Assembly: GCA_964614065.1 (NCBI GenBank)
Contig: CAZTJJ010000006.1
Location: 1-54,912, forward strand
Origin: an uncultured Thermotogae bacterium
GTDB lineage: Bacteria; Bipolaricaulota; Bipolaricaulia; M55B111
DNA length: 54,912 nucleotides
Direction of reading: 5' to 3'
Each line of letters starts with the position of its first letter. Positions within the stretch are counted from its first letter, which is position 1. Made by a program: the position numbers and the translations under genes. This document shows, piece by piece, positions 20,167 to 30,268 of this stretch. A model generated the notes under the pieces. The model was not told the origin of the DNA and did no database searches. It worked only from the letters and a program-made list of their open reading frames with translations.

Positions 20167-21321
20167 ATGCAGGACAAAAATACAGGTCAATTACAGAGGT
20201 GTCCGATAGTGGCAGTAAACCTAGATTACATAAAACAGCTAGTTAACGATTACAAGAGCCAGAGGACAAATAAACCGACAGTCGGGGTTCTCGGGTCCCA
20301 TTCAGCCTTGGAGATTGGGTACGGAGCAAAACAAGAAAACTTTGACACTGTAGTTGTTTGCGAAAGAGGAAGGGAAAAGACTTACACAGACCACTATGCC
20401 AACTTGTTCGACCATACTATGATACTCGATCGCTTCCAGGACATGGTTAACCAAAAAGTCCAAAACGAACTACGAGAGTTAAACACGATTTTTGTCCCTA
20501 ACAGATCCTTTGCTACCTACGTCGGCTACAACAACATTGAAAAAAAGTTCAAAGTGCCCCTACTTGGTAACCGTAGAATGTTACGAGCAGAGGAACGCTA
20601 CGAAGACAGAAACCAGTACTATCTACTTGATAAAGCGGAGATCAGCCGGCCAAAAGAGCTGGATTCTCCACAACAAATCGATTCCTTATCCATTATCAAA
20701 GTCCAGGAAAAGGAGAGATCCGTGGAACGAGCCTTCTTTTACGCCTCCTCTCCCCAAGAGTTTCAAAAACGAGCCCAAGAACGGATTAAACAAGGAATAA
20801 TTACAGAGGAAGATTTGGCCGAAGCAACAATAGAGAAAGTTGCTCTCGGAGGATTGTTCAACGCAAATTTCTTCTGGTCACCGCTGACTGATACAGTAGA
20901 TTTCCTGGGTTTCGACCGAAGAATCCAAACTGACCTAGATGGAGTGTTAAGGCTTCCCGCCGACGAACAACTTGAAGCAGGGATTGAACACCAAAATATC
21001 GAGGTCGGACATTACGGGTGCACAATGAGAGAATCGCAGTTGCAAAAGATCTTCCGCGCCGGACGAAAGTTCGTAGAAACTTGCAAGGCAGAATATCCGC
21101 CGGGCATAATAGGGCTCTTCGCTCTACAGGGGGTCCTGAACAAAGAGCTTGAATTTGTAGTATTCGATGCCTCACTCCGAGTCCCTGGTTCACCTTGCCT
21201 TGGTTCGACATCTCCATACATGAAGTACAAATATGGCGAGGAGATTGGTTCCGGTGGTAGAACCGCCATCGAAATCGATCACGCTATCGAACAAAAACGT
21301 TTGGAGGATATCGTAACGTGA
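20167..21321 (+). CDS. PurP-like paralog (5-formaminoimidazole-4-carboxamide ribonucleotide synthetase family), divergent copy
   Basis: N-terminal LGSHSALEI..GAKQENF..VVVCERGREK and central FYASS..GLFNANFFWSPL motifs match the archaeal PurP ATP-grasp family. The GAKGGRG loop is not conserved. Confidence 0.75.
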   Translation: MQDKNTGQLQRCPIVAVNLDYIKQLVNDYKSQRTNKPTVGVLGSHSALEIGYGAKQENFDTVVVCERGREKTYTDHYANLFDHTMILDRFQDMVNQKVQNELRELNTIFVPNRSFATYVGYNNIEKKFKVPLLGNRRMLRAEERYEDRNQYYLLDKAEISRPKELDSPQQIDSLSIIKVQEKERSVERAFFYASSPQEFQKRAQERIKQGIITEEDLAEATIEKVALGGLFNANFFWSPLTDTVDFLGFDRRIQTDLDGVLRLPADEQLEAGIEHQNIEVGHYGCTMRESQLQKIFRAGRKFVETCKAEYPPGIIGLFALQGVLNKELEFVVFDASLRVPGSPCLGSTSPYMKYKYGEEIGSGGRTAIEIDHAIEQKRLEDIVT

Positions 21322-22325
21322 TAGCTGACAAAACACCTACAATAGCTACAATCTGTTCACATTCAGCACTACAAATTTTCCATGGGGCCAGAGAAGAAAA
21401 TATGCCTACGCTGGGTATCTGCACTAAAGATAGGCTTGATCTATATAGCTCTTTTCCAAAAGCTGTTCCCGACGACTTTCTGGTAATCGACGAATTCCCT
21501 CAAGTGCTGGAAGCCAACATCCAATCAAAGTTAACTGCACAGAATTCAATAGTTGTTCCTCATGGGTCCTTCGTCGAATACGTGGGCCCACAGAAACTCA
21601 TCAATGATTTTAGTCCCCCGATCTTTGGAAATAAGCATACCCTGGAGTGGGAATCAGATCGAATCAAAGAACGAAAATGGCTTGAACGCTCAGGCATCAG
21701 GATCCCCAAGGAATACGAAAACCCAGCTGATATAGACCGCACCGTGATAGTAAAATTTTCCGGGGCAAAAGGAGGTAGGGGCTTTTTTCTCGCCAATTCC
21801 CAAGAGGAATTTCAGAGTAAAATTTCAGGAAGAGAGAACGAAGAGTACACCATCCAGGAGTGGGCAATGGGAACTAGATACTACCCTCATTACTTCTACT
21901 CACCGCTTCGGGGCAGGCTGGAGATACTTGGTTTCGACCGCCGGGACGAGTCCAACATAGATGAATACTATCGAGTGAATCAAGGAGAAAAAAGTTTCGT
22001 GGTGGTTGGAAACAAACCTCTGGCGGTACGAGAATCATTGCTCCCACAACTTTATAAGATGGGAAATAATCTGATCAAATCTTCTCAACAACTATTTGGT
22101 CCTGGATTATTCGGACCATTTTGCCTGGAGACTGTTTGCACGGACAAGCTTGAATTCATAACATTTGAAATCTCCGGGCGTATCGTGGCAGGAACCAACC
22201 TTTATCCACATGGTTCGCCGTATTCTTTTTACTACTACGATGAGCCCATGAGTACGGGTAAAAGAATAGCTAGAGAAATAAAAACTGCGTTCGAACAGGG
22301 TCAATTAGAGAATATTACCACGTAA
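21318..22325 (+). CDS. purP: 5-formaminoimidazole-4-carboxamide-1-beta-D-ribofuranosyl 5'-monophosphate synthetase (PurP, archaeal type)
   Basis: IATICSHSALQI, VIVKFSGAKGGRGFF, YFYSPL..LGFDRR..SNID and LPQL..GPFCLE..NLYPHGSPYS motifs are canonical PurP. GTG start overlaps the upstream stop. Confidence 0.85.
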   Translation: MIADKTPTIATICSHSALQIFHGAREENMPTLGICTKDRLDLYSSFPKAVPDDFLVIDEFPQVLEANIQSKLTAQNSIVVPHGSFVEYVGPQKLINDFSPPIFGNKHTLEWESDRIKERKWLERSGIRIPKEYENPADIDRTVIVKFSGAKGGRGFFLANSQEEFQSKISGRENEEYTIQEWAMGTRYYPHYFYSPLRGRLEILGFDRRDESNIDEYYRVNQGEKSFVVVGNKPLAVRESLLPQLYKMGNNLIKSSQQLFGPGLFGPFCLETVCTDKLEFITFEISGRIVAGTNLYPHGSPYSFYYYDEPMSTGKRIAREIKTAFEQGQLENITT

Positions 22326-22360
22326 TGCTACGGAACATTTCGTAGGAGGAGCTCAGGTCT

Positions 22361-23890
22361 ATGGACACAATTGCCATAGTTGATTTTGGCGGTCAATATT
22401 CCCATCTTATCGGAAGAAGGATTCGAGACATCGGTGTATTTGCGAAAATTTTTCCCGCAGATGTAACAGCCACAGAACTGCGAGAGGTACAAGCACTGAA
22501 GGGGGTTATCTTTTCAGGCGGAGCAAGCTCTGTTTACGAAGAGAACGCGCCGGATCCTGACCCGGAGCTAGTGAACCTGAACCTCCCTGTACTAGGTATT
22601 TGTTATGGTCACCAGCTTATCGCACAGCTCTGCGGTGGTAGGGTGGATAGCGGGGAAGCGGGAGAATATGGGACAACCGTTTTTTCCATTACTCGAGAAG
22701 CCTCCAAGTTACTTAACGGCTTCAACCCGACTCAGGAAGTTTGGATGAACCATAGTGACACGGTAACAGACATGCCTGCGGACTTCAAAATCATCGGTAA
22801 AACCAAAAACAGCCCAGTGGCAGCTTTTGCCAACACAGAACGCGGGTTATTTGGTGTGCAATTTCATCCCGAAGTCACTCATACAGAACAAGGAAATCTT
22901 GTTCTCAAAAATTTCGCAACAGAGATCTGCAACGCAAGCCGAAAATGGGATCCCAGCAACCTGGTAACAAGTATTATCAACAATGCCAAAAGTTTTATTG
23001 GTGATAGGAAAGCTATAATCGGTTTATCCGGAGGAGTTGACTCCTCCACTGCTGCAAGGATAGTAGCAAAGGCAATTGACAATAACCTAACTGCAGTCTA
23101 CGTAGACACTGGATTAATGCGTAAAGGTGAGACCAGCTCAATAATTAACGGGTTCAGTGAATCCAGACTGAACTTAAAAATCGTAGATGCAAAAGAACGT
23201 TTTTTGAGCAATCTCTCTGGTGTAAAGGATCCTGAAGAAAAACGCAAAATTATAGGAAAAACATTCATCGATTCGTTCACCAAAGTCGCAAGTGACCTGG
23301 GGGCAGAGGTCCTTATTCAAGGTACCATCTATTCAGATAGAATAGAAAGCGGGGTTACCACACACTCGGACACTATCAAATCTCACCATAATGTGGGAGG
23401 TATCCCGGAGAAGATTGATTTAGATATATACGAGCCCCTTCGCGACTTATACAAGGACGAAGTCCGCAGAATAGCCTCCGAACTTAACCTCCCAGACGAA
23501 ATAGTGAACCGCCACGTATTTCCTGGGCCTGGGCTGGCAATTAGAATAGTTGGGGAAGTAACCCCTGAGCGCGTTGAGATCGTCCGAGACGCTAGTTACA
23601 TAGTTGAACAACAGCTCCGAGAGGCAAACTTATACAACGAAGTCTGGATGGCATTTGCTGTATTGCTCCCCATTAAAAGTGTAGGGGTCCAGGGGGATAC
23701 ACGGAGCTATAGGTATCCAGTTGCGGTCAGAGTAGTAGAATCACAAGATGCTATGACCGCAAACTTCGCACAGATTCCCTACCCAGTTCTAGAAGATATC
23801 TCAACCAAGATAACCAACGAAATTCCCGAGGTGAATAGGGTTGTATACGATATCTCCAATAAACCGCCATCAACCATGGAATGGGAATAA
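22361..23890 (+). CDS. guaA: GMP synthase (glutamine-hydrolysing)
   Basis: Class I GATase domain with catalytic Cys (GICYGHQ), an ATP-PPase SGGVDSS motif, and a C-terminal dimerisation domain ending …MEWE. Confidence 0.95.
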   Translation: MDTIAIVDFGGQYSHLIGRRIRDIGVFAKIFPADVTATELREVQALKGVIFSGGASSVYEENAPDPDPELVNLNLPVLGICYGHQLIAQLCGGRVDSGEAGEYGTTVFSITREASKLLNGFNPTQEVWMNHSDTVTDMPADFKIIGKTKNSPVAAFANTERGLFGVQFHPEVTHTEQGNLVLKNFATEICNASRKWDPSNLVTSIINNAKSFIGDRKAIIGLSGGVDSSTAARIVAKAIDNNLTAVYVDTGLMRKGETSSIINGFSESRLNLKIVDAKERFLSNLSGVKDPEEKRKIIGKTFIDSFTKVASDLGAEVLIQGTIYSDRIESGVTTHSDTIKSHHNVGGIPEKIDLDIYEPLRDLYKDEVRRIASELNLPDEIVNRHVFPGPGLAIRIVGEVTPERVEIVRDASYIVEQQLREANLYNEVWMAFAVLLPIKSVGVQGDTRSYRYPVAVRVVESQDAMTANFAQIPYPVLEDISTKITNEIPEVNRVVYDISNKPPSTMEWE

Positions 23891-23973
23891 CTTCTAGAGG
23901 AAAGGACATGGACAATGGCCAATAACCTGTTGCTAACCTTGACAAACCAAGACTATATTGCTATTCTAGATGT

Positions 23974-24423
23974 ATGAAACTAAGAGACAGAGATATAGAG
24001 ATTTTAAAATTCCTAAATCAGGATAGCCGTATGTCTTTGAGACATATTGCAAAGGAACTAGGAGTATCACCAACCACGGTGAGTAACCGAGTCCAAAAGA
24101 TGAGGGACGATGGCGTTATCGATAAGTTTAACCTTAAGGTTGATTTCAACAAACTCGGTTATTCTCTCACCGCAATAATCAAAGTCAAAGCAAAAAGTGA
24201 CGACCTTTCAAAGGTCCTAGAGGAACTTGAAAAATACGACTGTCTTACTCATATTTATGAAACGACGGGGGATTTCGACGTGATCAGCATAGGAAAGTTC
24301 AAAAGTAGAAAGGAAATGACCACTCAACTAGTTGATCTGGTACAATCACCCCATGTAGATACTACAAATACGTCCCTAGTCTTATCGACTATAAGAGAAT
24401 ACAATAACTCCGGTCTAATTTAA
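23974..24423 (+). CDS. Lrp/AsnC family transcriptional regulator
   Basis: N-terminal HTH (LKFLNQDSRMSLRHIAKELGVSPTTVSNRVQKM) plus a RAM domain; 149 aa. Confidence 0.85.
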   Translation: MKLRDRDIEILKFLNQDSRMSLRHIAKELGVSPTTVSNRVQKMRDDGVIDKFNLKVDFNKLGYSLTAIIKVKAKSDDLSKVLEELEKYDCLTHIYETTGDFDVISIGKFKSRKEMTTQLVDLVQSPHVDTTNTSLVLSTIREYNNSGLI

Positions 24424-24438
24424 TTTGCTCCTTAGAAA

Positions 24439-24470
24439 GTCAAGAACCCCGCCCCAAGTGACGGGGCTTG
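24439..24470 (+). repeat. Intergenic modular element, copy B (hairpin module only): AGTCAAGAACCCCGCCCCAAGTGACGGGGCTTG
   Basis: Reverse complement matches the hairpin module of the copies at 42497 and 53205. Lies 16 nt after the lrp stop, oriented with lrp and crp. Confidence 0.5.
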
Positions 24471-24532
24471 AAAAAGACACATGAACAACAGAACCTTTAG
24501 GTTAATAACCGGAAATTGATCCAGGAGTAGTT

Positions 24533-25207
24533 ATGGAAGATCTCGGCAATGTCAAGATTTTTAGTGACCTCGATGAAAGAAGTCTTGGTCAATTACAGGA
24601 CGAAATCAAGTACATTGAATACGGCCCGGAGGAAATAATATTTCAAGAAGGAGCTCCGTCCTTTGGCTTTTATATAATTCATGAGGGGTTAGTAAAGCTG
24701 GTGAAGCGAACATTGAGGGGTAAGAGACAGATCCTGAAAATGGCTGGCCCAGGTGAATTTATCGGCGAAACTACGCTATTCGACAAGGGGGCTCACATTG
24801 CTTTCGCTAAAACACTCATAGATACCAAGGTAGGTTTCATCGAGAGAGGCAACTTTTTCTACTTTTTAGAAAATCACACTGAAATCGTATTTAGAATATT
24901 CGCTAAAATGTCCGAAGAACTGAAGGCATTTCAAAGCAAATTAGCGGAGAGATCGTATAACAGTAGTAAAGAAAGGTTGGCCAGATTTATCCTAAGACTA
25001 GGGAACGAAGGAATAGAACTTTCCCGATCGGAGCTTGCAGAACTAGCTGGGGTGTCCTCTAAAACGGCAATAAGAACCCTCGGTGAACTCGAAGATCGCG
25101 GTTTTATTAACATGAAGGACCGAAAAATTGAGATTCTCGATGAAGAAAGTATTTCCAAACTTGCGACAAAACTCCCTATTAGTCTAGACAAAAATCTTAT
25201 TATCTAA
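24533..25207 (+). CDS. Crp/Fnr family transcriptional regulator
   Basis: cNMP-binding beta-barrel (GEFIGETTLFD) plus a C-terminal HTH; no Fnr Cys cluster. Confidence 0.85.
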   Translation: MEDLGNVKIFSDLDERSLGQLQDEIKYIEYGPEEIIFQEGAPSFGFYIIHEGLVKLVKRTLRGKRQILKMAGPGEFIGETTLFDKGAHIAFAKTLIDTKVGFIERGNFFYFLENHTEIVFRIFAKMSEELKAFQSKLAERSYNSSKERLARFILRLGNEGIELSRSELAELAGVSSKTAIRTLGELEDRGFINMKDRKIEILDEESISKLATKLPISLDKNLII

Positions 25208-25326
25208 TTTTTCCCTCAAGTAAGTGATTATTGTCCTTGTAGTTTAGTAAGTTTTGTGGTATTTTGAGTGATCGATGTACCACTGTAGATTGTGTTGTTA
25301 ATTCTAACCTAAGTGCGTGAGTCCAA

Positions 25327-27057
25327 TTGAAAAAATATATTTCAGTCCTGACTTTAAGCTATATAATATTGGCCATCACGATCCTGGCACTGGAGATTTC
25401 TTCCCCAACGATAATAGGAGTACTTGCAACGATGCCCTTACTGACAATAGGCGTCTTCGGGCTAATTGAGAAGTTTTCCTTTAAATCTTCTAAAGAGTTA
25501 AAGGGATGGGGTGCCCAGAAGTACGCAAAGAAACTGTTCAACAATTCTTCCAATATTATCTACCTCGTTAACAGAGAAGGGAACATTTTACAAGCAAACA
25601 AATCATCGCAGGAAACGATAGGGCATGACCAGAAGAAAAACCTCCACATCGCCGAAATAGTACATCCCGAAGATCTAGAAAAAGTAAAAAACCAGATGAA
25701 GCGTATGTTTCACGTAAGTCGAGTCAGAGGGATCAACGTTCGACTCGTCGAAAAAACACCGACCAGAGCCAACCCTCCAAAAACCATTTCCACCACAATG
25801 CGGGGGGCTAAGGTAACTGAACAAGCTGGAATATTAGAATTCGTCAATAACGAACAGATCAACAAACTCATGAGGAAATTACGAGAAGCTGGAGCAAGAT
25901 ATCGCTATCTCATCGAAGATGCCATTGACACGTTAGACTCAGCAGTAATACTTATAGATAGAAATGGAGAGATAGTCTGGGTAAACAATACCATGGAGGA
26001 TTTTTTCGACCTGAATCGAACGGATCTAATTGGACTCTCGGCAACTAAAGCCATGGGGTATTATGTAAATTCCTTTTCCAATGAAAAAGAATTTTCTGAG
26101 ACGGCAAAAAAAGCCTACCAAGAAAACAAAAGAATTAACAGCTACACTTGCTACATTACAAACTCTTACGGTCATACAGATCGTATACTGGAATACCGAA
26201 GTATACCTATTGAAACGCAAAGGTACAAAGGTGGAAGGATCGAACATTATATAGATATCACGGAAGTAAAACGACTTGAAGAAGACTTAAAAAAGAAGAC
26301 CGAAAGGTTAAAGAAAAGTAACGAAAAACTTGAAGAGTTTTCCAGAAGTATTTCACACGACTTAAAAGCCCCGCTCCAAACGCTGGAAGGTTACAGCCAG
26401 GTCCTTTTCGAAGATTACAGCAACGTAATTGACGAAAGCGGACGAAGAGCATTAACCGCCTTATCTGAGTCCACACAACGACTCAGAAATAGAATAGAGA
26501 GTTTGCTAACTTACTCCAGCATCAAGATGGAAACCAACTCCTTTAAACTCATTGAATCGAGGGAGATACTTTCCGAGATAAAGGAGGATCTAAAATACAC
26601 TCTGGAAGGTGTAAAACTAGAAATAGCCGACGACCTACCGGAAATCTACGGAAATAGAACACTTTTAACCAAATTATTTAGTAATCTGATCACAAACGCG
26701 ATAAAATATAATGATAAAGAAACTACAGTAATCGAAGTAAATTGGCGCGACGAGGGAGAAGAAAACTTATTCTGGGTTAAGGATAACGGAATAGGCATAA
26801 AGGAACAGTATCTAGAAAAAATTTTCAAGGTCTTTGAAAAGTTAAACCCCAGGGATAACCCAGAAGGAACTGGTATCGGTTTGGCAGTTTGTAAAAGCAT
26901 AGTGGAAGAACATCACGGTAAGATATGGGCAGAATCTGAGTTAGGAGAAGGAACGACTTTCTACTTCACTTTACCCGCTAACCAAGAGCAAATTGTGGGT
27001 AATTTTTCCGGTCAACAAGTGAAGAATGGGGTTAACTTTCAACAAATAAAAACCTAA
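25327..27057 (+). CDS. Membrane-anchored PAS-domain sensor histidine kinase
   Basis: TTG start; N-terminal TM segments; PAS repeats; H-box SISHDLKAPL; HATPase G-boxes GTGIGLAVCKSIVEEHHGKIW. Confidence 0.85.
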   Translation: MKKYISVLTLSYIILAITILALEISSPTIIGVLATMPLLTIGVFGLIEKFSFKSSKELKGWGAQKYAKKLFNNSSNIIYLVNREGNILQANKSSQETIGHDQKKNLHIAEIVHPEDLEKVKNQMKRMFHVSRVRGINVRLVEKTPTRANPPKTISTTMRGAKVTEQAGILEFVNNEQINKLMRKLREAGARYRYLIEDAIDTLDSAVILIDRNGEIVWVNNTMEDFFDLNRTDLIGLSATKAMGYYVNSFSNEKEFSETAKKAYQENKRINSYTCYITNSYGHTDRILEYRSIPIETQRYKGGRIEHYIDITEVKRLEEDLKKKTERLKKSNEKLEEFSRSISHDLKAPLQTLEGYSQVLFEDYSNVIDESGRRALTALSESTQRLRNRIESLLTYSSIKMETNSFKLIESREILSEIKEDLKYTLEGVKLEIADDLPEIYGNRTLLTKLFSNLITNAIKYNDKETTVIEVNWRDEGEENLFWVKDNGIGIKEQYLEKIFKVFEKLNPRDNPEGTGIGLAVCKSIVEEHHGKIWAESELGEGTTFYFTLPANQEQIVGNFSGQQVKNGVNFQQIKT

Positions 27058-27088
27058 ACTTGTTAAAATTACTCCTTAGGAGGAAATA

Positions 27089-27529
27089 ATGGGAAATAGC
27101 AAAAGATTGGAAATACTTTTAGTTGAGGATGAAGACTATGACGTTGATTTAACCCAACGGGCTATCTATAAAAGCGACGTAGAGTCCAAACTATTTGTAG
27201 TTAGAGACGGGGAGGAGGCATTAGACTTTCTCTATCACAATGAAGGTTTTGAAGACACCCCGAAGCCTGACCTCATTTTACTTGACTTAAACTTACCAAA
27301 AATTGGTGGCCATGAGGTGCTGGAAAAAATAAAAAAAGATGAGGAATTACAAAATATTCCTGTGATTGTTCTGACCGTCTCAGAACGAGAAGAAGATATG
27401 GTAAAAGCCTACGATAGTGGGGCAAGTAGCTACGTCCACAAACCCGTCAACCCAGCAGAATTTCGCAAGGTTATCCAAACAGTCCAGGAATACTGGGAAA
27501 TCTCCAACTTACCCCCCAAAAACGGGTAA
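27089..27529 (+). CDS. Stand-alone response regulator receiver domain (CheY-like)
   Basis: DD pair, phospho-acceptor D in ILLDLNLP, and T/K residues. No output domain. RBS TTAGGAGG. Confidence 0.9.
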   Translation: MGNSKRLEILLVEDEDYDVDLTQRAIYKSDVESKLFVVRDGEEALDFLYHNEGFEDTPKPDLILLDLNLPKIGGHEVLEKIKKDEELQNIPVIVLTVSEREEDMVKAYDSGASSYVHKPVNPAEFRKVIQTVQEYWEISNLPPKNG

Positions 27530-27832
27530 CCGGGCAAGCTGCTCGATGGGGACAAATTTCACCTCACGAGTAAACATCATTCTGGGTAACTAGTGATAAC
27601 AATGGACAATAATCCCTCCCAAAGTCCTTTCAAAAACTAAGCAAAAAAAGGATCATTAGTACTGGTAGTAAAGGTTAATACTATGAGAAAAGAATACTAC
27701 AATACTACATTGAACAACTAAACTGACTGGGGGAGGCGGGTATATATCCCCCGTTCCACTCACCATCTCGGTAGCTCCTGGATCCAATCCCGCCTTCCTC
27801 CAGCTCTTTGTATCAATAACTTGCTCGGTTGA

Positions 27833-28762
27833 CTATTCTGAAGCTCTGGACTGTAGCTTTTCCCAATCTTCGTCTACTTCCTGTTGTATTTCCTCAATAA
27901 CTCCACTATTTTCCGGTTTGAACAACGCTGCAAATCTTTTCTGGGGCTTCAGCCATTCTTCCACTGGGATTTTCTCTCTTGGCGTATACGTCACGTGGTA
28001 ATCCCCCTCATCAACTTCATATAGCGGCCAGAAACAACTGTCAACGCCTTTGCCTGCAACGTCAACCGCATCGTGCGGTGGCACTCTCCAACCTAGCTGA
28101 CAGGTCGATAGAACGTTTATAAAAGCCGGGCCGTCTTTAGAGACGGCTTTTTCCACTTTGTCGGCCAAATCGATGACATTAGATACTGCAGCCTGACCAA
28201 CAAAGGGAATTCCATGAGCTACCACTATTTCAGTCAGATTCTTACGTTGACGTTCTTTCCCATACGTAACCTTCCCTGCCGGCTCCGTAGTCGTCGAAGC
28301 ACCCTTCGGCGTAGCGCTCGATCTCTGAATACCAGTATTCATGTACGCACCGTTGTCCAGGGTAACGTAAAGAAAGTTATGTCCTCGCTCTAAAGCCCCT
28401 GACAGCGACTGTAATCCGATATCGTAAGTGCCACCATCACCTGCAAAAGCCACGAAATTAACCTCTTTATCCAATTTGCCCTTGCGCTTAAGAGAGCGAT
28501 AGGCACTTTCAACACCACTAATCGTCGCAGCCGCGTTTTCAAATGCATTATGTATCCAGGGAATATTCCAAGCAGTTGTAGGATATCGCGTGGTAGCCAC
28601 CTCGAGACAACCCGTAGCGTTAGAAGCCACCACCGGGCCATCTATCGAGTTGAGAACGGTCCTCACCGCGATGGGCAAACCACAACCCTCGCACAGCGAA
28701 TGTCCACTTTCAAATTTCTTATATTTTTCCTCTTGTTTCGCTAAAGTTTTAAAACTAGCCAT
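27833..28762 (-). CDS. porB: Pyruvate/2-oxoacid:ferredoxin oxidoreductase beta subunit (TPP-binding)
   Basis: GCGxxxA and GDG..D..G TPP-binding motifs; 309 aa. Confidence 0.9.
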   Translation of the reverse strand: MASFKTLAKQEEKYKKFESGHSLCEGCGLPIAVRTVLNSIDGPVVASNATGCLEVATTRYPTTAWNIPWIHNAFENAAATISGVESAYRSLKRKGKLDKEVNFVAFAGDGGTYDIGLQSLSGALERGHNFLYVTLDNGAYMNTGIQRSSATPKGASTTTEPAGKVTYGKERQRKNLTEIVVAHGIPFVGQAAVSNVIDLADKVEKAVSKDGPAFINVLSTCQLGWRVPPHDAVDVAGKGVDSCFWPLYEVDEGDYHVTYTPREKIPVEEWLKPQKRFAALFKPENSGVIEEIQQEVDEDWEKLQSRASE

Positions 28763-28780
28763 AATATTGTTACCCTCCAG

Positions 28781-29956
28781 TTATTGTCTGGCTCCAATGT
28801 AACGCATTTTGTCATCCAAACTCGGTTTCTCGAGATCCTCAAAGACCTCCAGAATGTTTTGTGTCGTGATGTCTCTTCCACCCAACCCATAGGTATAGTT
28901 AAATAATCTGGGCTTTTCCGATTCATCTGATAAAGCAGAGCTGATCTCCAGATAAAGCGGACCTCTCGATCCGAAAGACAGTGACCTATCCAGGATGGCG
29001 ACCGCTTCTGTGTCTTTCAGAGCAGCGCTTATTTCCTCCCGCGGAAAAGGTCTGAACATCCATGGTTTGAGCAATCCCACTTTCTTACCTTCTTCCCTAA
29101 GATCGTCAACCACTACCTTGGCGGTACCAGCAGTAGATCCCAGTAATACGACCGCATAATCCGCGTCTTCAAGGCGGTAAGATTCGAACAGGCCATCGTA
29201 CTCCCGACCCGATATCTTCGAGAACTCCTCCTGGATGTCGAGAAACCGTTCCGGGACGTTCTTCATTGCATCCACTTGCTGAAGTTTGTGCTCAAAGTAA
29301 TAATCCGGCATATCAAATGGGCCCTGTGTAGTCGGATTGTCTACATCCAGAAGTGGGTATAGCGGCTCGTACTCCCCCACGAAGTCGGTCACCGTTTCAT
29401 CTGATAATAGTTCAGCGACCTGAGCGGTGTGGGTAAGAGTAAATCCGTCTAGCGTAACCATCACGGGTAACAGAACGTCATGATTCTCCGCAAGGTTTTG
29501 TGCCATCAAAGTAAAGTCATAAGCTTCTTGGGCGTCCTCGCCATATATTTGAATCGCTCCACTATCTCTGGCCGCCATTGAATCTGAATGATCACAGTGA
29601 ATGTTTATCGGGCCACTCAGTGCACGGTTTGCAACTGTCATCACTATGGGAGTCCTCATCGAAGCAGCAATATATACTATTTCCATCATAAGAGCCAGAC
29701 CCTGAGATGCGGTCGCAGTCATAGTCCTTGCTCCAGCTGTTGAAGACCCTACACAGGCACTCATCGCCGAATGCTCTGACTCAACTGTAATCACTTCAGA
29801 ATCAACTTCCCCATCGGCAACAAACTGAGAGAAATATTGCACTATCTCGGATTGCGGGGTAATCGGATAAGCCGCTACTACGTCAGGTTTCACCTGGCGC
29901 ATTGCATTAGCAACAACTTGATGACCAGTGAGTACTTGTCTATTTCCGTTACTCAT
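28781..29956 (-). CDS. porA: Pyruvate/2-oxoacid:ferredoxin oxidoreductase alpha subunit
   Basis: 391 aa with the N-terminal transketolase-like pyrimidine-binding domain typical of PorA. Confidence 0.9.
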   Translation of the reverse strand: MSNGNRQVLTGHQVVANAMRQVKPDVVAAYPITPQSEIVQYFSQFVADGEVDSEVITVESEHSAMSACVGSSTAGARTMTATASQGLALMMEIVYIAASMRTPIVMTVANRALSGPINIHCDHSDSMAARDSGAIQIYGEDAQEAYDFTLMAQNLAENHDVLLPVMVTLDGFTLTHTAQVAELLSDETVTDFVGEYEPLYPLLDVDNPTTQGPFDMPDYYFEHKLQQVDAMKNVPERFLDIQEEFSKISGREYDGLFESYRLEDADYAVVLLGSTAGTAKVVVDDLREEGKKVGLLKPWMFRPFPREEISAALKDTEAVAILDRSLSFGSRGPLYLEISSALSDESEKPRLFNYTYGLGGRDITTQNILEVFEDLEKPSLDDKMRYIGARQ

Positions 29957-30254
29957 TATCTGCTACCTCCCCCTCAGGAACCATGGTAATGGCGTCAACG
30001 GGGCAAATCGAAGCACATATGCCGCATCCCTTACAGTGATCGTAATCAATTCCTAGTACTTGCTCGTCCTCGATTTGAAAAGAGGCATCGGGACAGTATG
30101 CCCAACACTGTAAACACTGGATACACTTATCTTCATCAAATATCGGGCGTTCTGATCTCCAATCCCCTGTTTTATTCAGCTCCGGAGTTGCTCCGCCAGT
30201 TAATACAGCACCAATCGGAACTTCGTCGTACTTTTTAAGTTCAAATTCAGCCAT
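29949..30254 (-). CDS. porD: Pyruvate:ferredoxin oxidoreductase delta subunit (2x[4Fe-4S] ferredoxin)
   Basis: Two CxxCxxCxxxCP clusters (CIQCLQCWAYCP, CKGCGICASICP). Confidence 0.9.
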   Translation of the reverse strand: MAEFELKKYDEVPIGAVLTGGATPELNKTGDWRSERPIFDEDKCIQCLQCWAYCPDASFQIEDEQVLGIDYDHCKGCGICASICPVDAITMVPEGEVADNE

Positions 30255-30268
30255 AAACCCTCCTGTAA

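Noticed and set aside
27729-27802. Possible tRNA: GGGAGGC near 27731 is complementary (with one G·U) to GCCTTCC followed by T-CCA near 27792-27802.
   Set aside because: The span is only ~69 nt. The preceding 17 nt (CTCCTGGATCCAATCCC) cannot form a T stem-loop, and no D-arm or anticodon arm can be drawn.
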